From an uncultured virus (IMG/VR IMGVR_UViG_2930745263_000002) (Duplodnaviria; Heunggongvirae; Uroviricota; Caudoviricetes), in the IMG/VR virus record IMGVR_UViG_2930745263_000002: a stretch of DNA of 64,000 bases; one strand, written 5' to 3'. The notes below the pieces were generated by a model. It was not told the origin of the DNA. It saw only the letters and a list, made by a program, of their open reading frames with translations, and made no database searches. How positions within the stretch are numbered: position 1 is the stretch's first letter; each line of letters starts with the position of its first letter. Positions 58,001 to 64,000 of this stretch are shown piece after piece. The position numbers were made by a program, and so were the translations under genes.

Positions 58001-59239
58001 GTGAGCCTCCTGCCGATTCTGTGGGCCCTCAAAAGTGCCCCGGTCTCCGACACCACCGAGAAGCTGCTGCTCGTCACCATGGCGGAGCACGCCTTCGTCG
58101 ACGGATGCGACGCCTTTCCCTCCAAGAACACGCTCGCCGACATCGCGATGACCGATCCGAAGACCGTGCAGCGCAAGTTGCGTGCGCTGGAGGCTCGGAA
58201 GCTGATCGCTCTCGGCGACCAGTCCGCAGCCCGGTACATCGACGCCCGGTACCGGCCGAAGGTCTACGACCTGCTGATCCCGTACTCGTGGTTCCCCGAC
58301 GTCCAGCAGGTGAACGCCGAGCGCCAGCAGCGCGGTCGGCCGCCGCTCACTGCCGAGAATCGGCCCAGCATCGCAGCCGCTCCCGCTCGTAAGCGGCGCT
58401 CTGACCTGGGCAAATCGCGCAAGGCCCAGGACGCTGGCGACGGCGAAGACAGGGAGGACTCTCAGTCCCCCCTGCGAGAGGATGCCGGCGACAGCCCAGG
58501 GGGGACTGACAATCCCACCAGGGGGGACTACGAATCCCACGAGGGGGGACTGACAGACCCCCAATCCTCCCCAGACAACCCTCCCCTTCTGAACCGCCCC
58601 GAAGACACCCGTGGTGACGGCCGTAGGCCATCCACCAGCAGTAATGGGCGCGGCGGGCGCGGCGTTGCCGCGTCGAGCAAGACGGCAGCGAGGAGGAAGG
58701 TTCCTGCCGCCGGCCTTCGCACGGTCGTCGCGAACGTCCCCTCGGTGCTGGCTGCTCAGCTGGAGAATGAGTTCCCCCGCGGCCTGCCGGCCTCGGTCAA
58801 CGAGGCGATCGGCCTGGCGCTCGAGGACCGCACCGTGGACCAGGTCGTCGCACGGGTGGAGCGCCGTTGGCTGCAGTGGTCGTACGAGAACGACGCGGTC
58901 GCCGAGTCCGGAAGTGGTCTGGGTCGGCCGCTCGGCGTGCTGTTGACCCTGCTCGGTCCCTCGGCCTGCTGGGGTAACAACGCTCGCTGCGAGGACGGCA
59001 CCGACATCGACACCGGAGTTGTCTGCCCGCGGTGCGAGGAGGCTCGGGAGGACAGGGCTGCTGCCGGGCGAGGCCAGGATGGTCCGCCGGCCGCCGGGTA
59101 CAGCGTGCCGTTCGAGCGGCCCACAGACGTCGAGCCCAGTCCGTACGTCCAGTGCCGGGGTGCTGGCTGCGGCCTGAAGATGATGCCGACCGAGGACGGA
59201 CTGTGCCGCGAGTGCCGTACGGAAGGGGCTTTCACGTAA
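58001..59239 (+). CDS. HTH replication initiator-like protein with C-terminal Cys knuckles
   Basis: WALKSAPV...KLLLV.MAEHA..DG..AFPS..TLA...KTVQRKLRALE; internal iterons. Confidence 0.75.
   Translation: MSLLPILWALKSAPVSDTTEKLLLVTMAEHAFVDGCDAFPSKNTLADIAMTDPKTVQRKLRALEARKLIALGDQSAARYIDARYRPKVYDLLIPYSWFPDVQQVNAERQQRGRPPLTAENRPSIAAAPARKRRSDLGKSRKAQDAGDGEDREDSQSPLREDAGDSPGGTDNPTRGDYESHEGGLTDPQSSPDNPPLLNRPEDTRGDGRRPSTSSNGRGGRGVAASSKTAARRKVPAAGLRTVVANVPSVLAAQLENEFPRGLPASVNEAIGLALEDRTVDQVVARVERRWLQWSYENDAVAESGSGLGRPLGVLLTLLGPSACWGNNARCEDGTDIDTGVVCPRCEEAREDRAAAGRGQDGPPAAGYSVPFERPTDVEPSPYVQCRGAGCGLKMMPTEDGLCRECRTEGAFT
58451..58563. repeat. Iteron-like 22-bp repeats inside the initiator gene (candidate origin)
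   Basis: AGGGGGGACT-N12 at 58498, 58520 and 58542; inverted copy at 58462-58473. Confidence 0.75.
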
Positions 59240-59438
59240 TGCCGCAGTCATTTGCCGGTTCCCTCCATTCCGATTCTTGTTGATCAACACCGTGTGCTGG
59301 AGCGCTCACGGACGGGAAGGTGGACAGGGGCGGACAGTCGAAGTGACCGCCCTCTGTCCCCCGCATTCGCGGGTGATCGGCGTGCCAGACTCGGCCGCAA
59401 GGGGACGCGGCGACCGCCGCGGTGAAGGAGGGCACGGG

Positions 59439-60674
59439 ATGTACGACGACCGCCCGGCATGGGCGCAGCGGATGGAAGCCGAGCGAGCTGCCCGGGGTTG
59501 GAGTCCTCTGGATGCCGCCCGGGCGATGAAGGCGCACTCGTCCGCTCCGCTCCCGGACGACAAGGCGCTGGCCCGGCAGTGGCGCCGGTGGGAGTCCGGC
59601 GACATCGAGCCCCGCGACCACAAGGAGCTGATCGCCACGGTGTGCGGCACGACGACCCACGCGTTCTTCCCGGTGGCGCACAAGCGCGACGGGCGCGCGG
59701 AGATCCAGGCCGCCTCGGGCATGGACACCGTGGACATCGTGGCGCGGCTGCGTGCCAGCGACGTCGACCAGGCCACCCTCGACGCGGTGGCGATCACCGT
59801 CGACCGGCTGTGCTCGGAGTACGCCTACATGCCCAGCGACCAGCTCCTCATCGAGGGCCGGGCCTGGCTGACCCGCGTCGCCGGCATGCAGCAGCAGCGC
59901 CTCACCCTGGCCCAGCACCGCGAGGTCCTGGTGCAGGCCGGGATGCTGACGCTGCTGGTGGGCTGCGTGGAGTACGACTCCGGCGGGCCGGCGCTGCGCC
60001 GCGCGGCGGAAGGCACCCGGCAGGCCGCGCTGTCCCTCGGCAGGGAGGCCGGCCATCCGCTGATCATCGGGTGGGGCCACGAGATGCGGGCGTGGTTCGC
60101 CCTGACCCGCGGGGACCTTCGCGGGGTGATCGCCGCCGCAGACGAGGGCATCCTGGCCGCGCCGGAGGAGAGCGTCGCCGTGCAGCTCTGGGCGCAGAAG
60201 GCCAAGGCGTGGGCCCGGCTCGGTGACCGCCGCCAGGTCGAGGTCGCGCTCGACTCCGGCCGCCGGCTCCTCGAGGGCATGGGCTACCCGGAGAACCCGG
60301 AGAACCACTTCACGGTCGACCCGGCCAAGTGGGACTTCTACGCCATGGACTGCTACCGCAAGCTCGGCGAGGACCGGCTGGCGGAGACACTGGCCCGCGA
60401 GGTGCTCCGGGCCGGCGTCGACCACGACGGAACGGACCGCGCTCCGATGCGGAACGCGGAGGCGCGGGTGACCCTCGGCGTCGTCGCGGCCCGGCAGGGC
60501 GCGGTCGACGAGGCGGTCTCGTACGGGATGAAGGCCCTGGGCGGCGCGCGCCAGTCGCTGCCTTCGCTGTCCATGGTCGCCAGCGATCTGGGCAGCGTGC
60601 TGTCGGCCGACCACGCCGACGAGCCCGAGGCCCGCGAGTTCCTCACCCACCTGCGGACGCTGCGCAGCGCCTGA
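59439..60674 (+). CDS. XRE-HTH + TPR-like regulator
   Basis: AERAARGWS...RQWRRWESG...; helical repeat C-terminus; AAGGAGG RBS. Confidence 0.8.
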   Translation: MYDDRPAWAQRMEAERAARGWSPLDAARAMKAHSSAPLPDDKALARQWRRWESGDIEPRDHKELIATVCGTTTHAFFPVAHKRDGRAEIQAASGMDTVDIVARLRASDVDQATLDAVAITVDRLCSEYAYMPSDQLLIEGRAWLTRVAGMQQQRLTLAQHREVLVQAGMLTLLVGCVEYDSGGPALRRAAEGTRQAALSLGREAGHPLIIGWGHEMRAWFALTRGDLRGVIAAADEGILAAPEESVAVQLWAQKAKAWARLGDRRQVEVALDSGRRLLEGMGYPENPENHFTVDPAKWDFYAMDCYRKLGEDRLAETLAREVLRAGVDHDGTDRAPMRNAEARVTLGVVAARQGAVDEAVSYGMKALGGARQSLPSLSMVASDLGSVLSADHADEPEAREFLTHLRTLRSA

Positions 60675-60830
60675 CGGACCACGGGGGTACGCAGTCGAAA
60701 GCCCATCCGAGCCTGGGAGCCCCGTCGGGGCCCCGGGCTCGTGTCATGCCCAGCGCGGCCCTCCCCCGCAGCGGCGCCCAGTTTCCGCGAAGAGTATTCA
60801 CGCCGGTAGACGCGGGTGCATACTCGGGTT

Positions 60831-61076
60831 ATGGCTGACACCACCGTGAAGATCGATTCAGAGACGCGGGACCGGTTCGCCGCGATCGCTGCCGCCCGCG
60901 GGCAGAGCGTGCGCTCCTACCTGTCCGAGCTGGCCATAGAGGAGGAGAACCAGATCTCCCTGGGCCGGGCCACCGCCGCCTTCCGCGAGGCGATCAGCCG
61001 GCCGGGGCTCCTCGAAGCCTTCGACCGCGACTTCGGCGGGCTCCCCGAGACGCAGCACGGCAGCCGGGCGGCCTGA
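60831..61076 (+). CDS. Ribbon-helix-helix antitoxin, probably leaderless
   Basis: MADTTVKIDSETRDRFAA.A..RG.S...YL; CATACT 6 nt before the ATG and no RBS. Confidence 0.7.
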   Translation: MADTTVKIDSETRDRFAAIAAARGQSVRSYLSELAIEEENQISLGRATAAFREAISRPGLLEAFDRDFGGLPETQHGSRAA

Positions 61077-61079
61077 CCC

Positions 61080-61460
61080 TTGAATCTGCACATCGACATC
61101 CGCTGGCTCCTCAGCCGCCAGGAGGAACTGCTCGGCAAGGACCTGGCGGTGTCCGACTACTCGGCGCTCGTGGCCGCGGTGGCACGCCACCGGGTGAACA
61201 CCCCACAGTTGGACGTCGACGACCCGGACGCATACTGGCGGGCGGCCGCGCTGCTGCAGCAGATCGTGCTCGTGCAGCCGTTGCCGGCGCGCAACGAGGT
61301 CTTCGGGTACGGCGTGGCCGTGGCCTACGTCAAGGCGTCCGGGGAGAGCATCGACGGCTCGATCGACGAGTGGCGGGCCCTGATGGCCGACGTACGGGCG
61401 CTGCGAGTGAACGTCTTCGACATCGCCGACCGGCTGCGTTCGATGCGTACCCCTGAATGA
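61080..61460 (+). CDS. Doc/Fic-like toxin with degenerate motif
   Basis: DYSALVAAVARH...RAAALL..IV..QPLPARNEVFG. Confidence 0.65.
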   Translation: MNLHIDIRWLLSRQEELLGKDLAVSDYSALVAAVARHRVNTPQLDVDDPDAYWRAAALLQQIVLVQPLPARNEVFGYGVAVAYVKASGESIDGSIDEWRALMADVRALRVNVFDIADRLRSMRTPE

Positions 61461-61589
61461 TCACGGTGGCGGCCGGCGGCTGACCGCCCGGCGTCGCGCC
61501 GTGTCCGGCGCTGTCGCGCGACAGCCGTACGGAACGCCCGGGTCGTAGCCGACGCCCGGGCCGGGGCGGACGCTGGCGACGTGCGGCCT

Positions 61590-62096
61590 TCACTCAGTGG
61601 CCGCGGCCACCGCCTGGTTCGCCTCGTGCTCGCGCTGGTTCGCCTCGTGCTCGCGCGCCGCCTTTCGTACGGCGTCCTGTACGGCGCGCAGGGAGCTGGC
61701 GGACATCGGCTCCCCGCAGGAGTGGATGGTCATGCCCTCCTCGCGCATCTCCCGCAGGACCGGGATCGCTTCGATCTGCCGCAGTACTGCGGCGCACGCC
61801 TCGTCCGAGGAGAGGCTGGCCGTCGAGACGATGCCGGCGTAGGCGACCAGTTCGGTGCGCTCGTCCGGGCCCAGGGGTACGGGGCGGCCGGCGCGGACGT
61901 CGGCGAGCCAGAGCGGTTTGGGGCCCAGGCGCTCGAGGTCGAGGCCGGCCTCGTGCAGCGCGGCCCGGAGCCGGTCGGCGCGGGCGAGGATCTCGCCGTC
62001 GGCCACCGAGGGCTCGGGGCGCTGGGGCGCGGCCGGCGGCTGGGGGCGGGTGGGAGCGGTGGCGGCGGGGCGACGGCGGCGGAGCTTGTGGAACAT
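61590..62096 (-). CDS. Hypothetical protein
   Basis: GAAGG RBS; codon bias. Confidence 0.55.
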   Translation of the reverse strand: MFHKLRRRRPAATAPTRPQPPAAPQRPEPSVADGEILARADRLRAALHEAGLDLERLGPKPLWLADVRAGRPVPLGPDERTELVAYAGIVSTASLSSDEACAAVLRQIEAIPVLREMREEGMTIHSCGEPMSASSLRAVQDAVRKAAREHEANQREHEANQAVAAATE

Positions 62097-62194
62097 CCTT
62101 CGATCATGCCACTCGTGGTTTGCGCAGCTCAGGGGGCCTGTGGGAGCAGGTCGGCCCCCGTACGGGGTACGGGGGCCGGTGGGGCGGGTGCCCT

Positions 62195-62464
62195 TCAGGC
62201 GGGGGCCGGTGCCGCGCTCTCGGCCCGGGCGGCCGCGACCAGGCGGTCGAGGAGCTCGGCCAGCTCGTCGTGGCCCTCGTACAGCCGGTCCTCGGCGAGG
62301 TGGATCTCCACCCGTGCCCGCTCGATGGCCTCGGGGCTGTCGGCCCGTACGGCGGCGACCAGGGCGTCGAGCAGCTCGGCGAGGTCGTCGTGGCCCTCGT
62401 ACATCCGGTCGAGGTCGAGGTGGATCGCGGCGGCGGCGTGGCTGACGGTCTCGGTGGCGTGCAT
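62195..62464 (-). CDS. Small protein made of two ~40-aa repeats
   Basis: IHLDLDRMYEGHDDLAELLDALVAA / IHLAEDRLYEGHDELAELLDRLVAA. Confidence 0.75.
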   Translation of the reverse strand: MHATETVSHAAAAIHLDLDRMYEGHDDLAELLDALVAAVRADSPEAIERARVEIHLAEDRLYEGHDELAELLDRLVAAARAESAAPAPA

Positions 62465-62485
62465 GGTCTTGCCCTTCGTTCGTGC

Positions 62486-62614
62486 GTCGTCCTTACCCCC
62501 CAACTATACAACGCGACGTTGTATAGAGGGAAGCGGGTCAGCCCTCTTTCCCGGCCCGCCGGCCAGGTCCCCGGGACAGGCCGAGGCCCCGCGGCGTGCG
62601 CCGCGGGGCCGGTC
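62486..62614 (-). repeat. 129-bp intergenic linker repeat B, copy 1 (terminator hairpin + box)
   Basis: Near-identical to 63072-63200. Confidence 0.85.
62503..62533 (-). promoter_or_regulatory. TACAAC-box copy 11
   Basis: Minus strand CTTCC ctcta TACAAC gtcgc GTTGTA TAGT. Confidence 0.8.
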
Positions 62615-62635
62615 CGGGTGGCGCGAGTCGGCAGG

Positions 62636-63046
62636 TCAGTTGACCGTGACGGTGGTGCCGTACTGGACCGCGCACCGGTCGGCGGCGGAACGGTCGTTGA
62701 AGTAGGTCGGGGTGCGGCCGACCATGACGGTGAAGGGGTACTGGGGGCGGTGCGGGTTGCAGGACCCGTCGCAGTAGGTCGTCTCGCCGAGATTGGCACC
62801 GCTCAGGAGGTCGCCGTCCTCGCCGGCGTGGCCCTCGCACTCCGGCTCCGCGTCGGAGGGGGCCAGGACGACGTGGCGCCCGTCCTTGTAGGTGATGTCG
62901 TAGTGGCCGCCGTCGACGGAGATCTTGCGGACGTGGGCTCGGTCGCTCACTCGGTCGAGCATTGCCGCCCGGCCTTCGGTCAGCGCCTCCTCGGCGGTCA
63001 CGCGGGTGATGGCGCCGTCCTCAGTGCGCTCGTAGACCTCGGTCAT
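62636..63046 (-). CDS. Hypothetical protein with Cys/His motif
   Basis: ECEGH...YCDGSC; GGGGAG RBS. Confidence 0.7.
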   Translation of the reverse strand: MTEVYERTEDGAITRVTAEEALTEGRAAMLDRVSDRAHVRKISVDGGHYDITYKDGRHVVLAPSDAEPECEGHAGEDGDLLSGANLGETTYCDGSCNPHRPQYPFTVMVGRTPTYFNDRSAADRCAVQYGTTVTVN

Positions 63047-63071
63047 TTTCGTCTCCCCTGTTCGCCTTGCT

Positions 63072-63200
63072 GTCGTCCTTACCTCTCAACTATACAACAC
63101 CGCGTTGTAAGGAGGGAAGCGGGTCGGCCCTCTTTCCGGGCCCGCCGGCCAGACCCCCGGGACAGGCCGGGGCCCCGCGGCGCGCGCCGCGGGGCCGGTC
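63072..63200 (-). repeat. Intergenic linker repeat B, copy 2
   Basis: Near-identical to 62486-62614. Confidence 0.85.
63089..63119 (-). promoter_or_regulatory. TACAAC-box copy 12
   Basis: Minus strand CTTCC ctcct TACAAC gcggt GTTGTA TAGT. Confidence 0.8.
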
Positions 63201-63324
63201 AGGGCTCGCCGCACCCCGCAGGGCAGTTGACCAGGTTGCGGCAGCGGCAGCCGGGGGTGAACTCGTTCTCCGAGCAGCCGCACTCCGCGCACCGCTCTTC
63301 GCTGTTCTCGGGGTGGTCCACCAT
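63199..63324 (-). CDS. 41-aa Cys-rich peptide (absent from ORF track)
   Basis: MVDHPENSEERCAECGCSENEFTPGCRCRNLVNCPAGCGEP*; AGGAGG RBS. Confidence 0.6.
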   Translation of the reverse strand: MVDHPENSEERCAECGCSENEFTPGCRCRNLVNCPAGCGEP

Positions 63325-63393
63325 GGCGTGGCCTCCTGGGTCTGTCGGGGCCCCGCGGCGGGTGCCGCGGGGCCGGGTGCTCCGCGTTGGGGC

Positions 63394-63777
63394 TCACGCG
63401 AAGGTGCTGTGGAAGTGCTGGGCGATCTGGGCGAGGTGGTCGGCGGCGTGCTGCCGGGCGGCCGGGTCGTCGATGTCGGCCAGGGGGAACTTGGTCGGGG
63501 TGTGCGGGTGCGGGTGCGGGGTGAAGTCGCCGCCGGTGGCCATCACCGTGCCGGTGAGCAGCCAGTCGCCGATGGTGAGGCCGGTGAGGCCGTAGCCGCT
63601 GGTGTCGCCCGGCCTGCCGAGGCTGATGGTCACCGCGAGCCGGTCGGGCTGGCCGAAGTAGGCGGGCTGTACGTGGATCTTGCCCTGGTCGCCGAAGTTG
63701 TACAGCGCGTTGCCGAGGTCCTTGAAGTAGCTGATGGTGGCGGTGTCGCCGTTGTCGAAGTGGGCCGTGGTCCGCAT
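63394..63777 (-). CDS. Hypothetical protein
   Basis: GGAAGG RBS; downstream of box copy 13. Confidence 0.7.
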   Translation of the reverse strand: MRTTAHFDNGDTATISYFKDLGNALYNFGDQGKIHVQPAYFGQPDRLAVTISLGRPGDTSGYGLTGLTIGDWLLTGTVMATGGDFTPHPHPHTPTKFPLADIDDPAARQHAADHLAQIAQHFHSTFA

Positions 63778-63816
63778 GGTCGTGCCTTCCGTCGCTATGT
63801 CGTTCTTACGTGTCAG

Positions 63817-63847
63817 ACTTTACAACGCCGCGTTGTATGAGGGGAAG
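63817..63847 (-). promoter_or_regulatory. TACAAC-box copy 13
   Basis: Minus strand CTTCC cctca TACAAC gcggc GTTGTA AAGT. Confidence 0.8.
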
Positions 63848-64000
63848 GGGTTTCGTGATCTTCTTCCGAGGAGTTCCGGCTCACCGGGACGGCGCGGTCC
63901 GGCGGGCGAGGACATCCCGCCCGGCCTCCAGGGCGCGGGCCACGTCGAGGACGTAGACGCCGCCGCGGTCGTCGACGTCGCGGCACAGCGGGTGCCAGGC

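Larger units (their letters stand above)
737..64000. mobile_element. Streptomyces-type phage-plasmid / conjugative prophage (boundaries not visible)
   Basis: Siphovirus morphogenesis and lysis genes contiguous with traB/spd-like/GntR/initiator genes, sharing one regulatory box. Confidence 0.8.

Noticed and set aside
55460..59290. 1276-aa minus-strand ORF
   Set aside because: It is the antisense shadow of the UTRA, GntR and initiator genes; only the last 154 codons (from 55924, with RBS) look real.
25797..63847. Boxes as integron attC sites (AAC...GTT cores)
   Set aside because: Only 5 nt separate AAC and GTT, far shorter than attC; they lie upstream of genes with -10 geometry; no integron integrase is in the window.

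Overview
High-GC, Streptomyces-like DNA that looks like one large mobile element combining a siphophage with a Streptomyces-type conjugation and replication backbone (phage-plasmid or conjugative prophage). No integrase, att site, tRNA, rRNA or CRISPR is visible. 0.7-25.4 kb (minus strand) holds lysis, tail (with a -1 frameshifted tail assembly chaperone), tape measure, head and portal genes. 25.4-30.6 kb is an array of tiny accessory genes wedged between portal and terminase. 30.6-36.7 kb holds TerL, two TerS-like genes, two ParB-like domains and two DNA methyltransferases. 38.5-41.7 kb is an XRE / ImmA-like / MAB_1171c-type trio whose membrane protein is fused to an MpaB (DUF2236)-like domain. 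42-56 kb holds a stand-alone WYL gene and a transfer operon (Mrr-like nuclease, a TraB fused to a second FtsK motor, a DUF2637 coiled-coil protein, WhiB, Xis-like HTH). 56-61.5 kb holds a UTRA/GntR pair, an HTH initiator with internal 22-bp iterons, an XRE-TPR regulator and a Doc-like TA pair. 61.6-64 kb is a second array of small genes. The strongest non-gene signal is a 31-bp element, CTTCC-N5-TACAAC-N5-GTTGTA running into a TAnnGT -10 box. It occurs 13 times, always in front of small accessory genes and sometimes inside longer repeated terminator+promoter linkers, which suggests a cassette-like regulon. All product calls come from motif recognition by eye, not from database searches.
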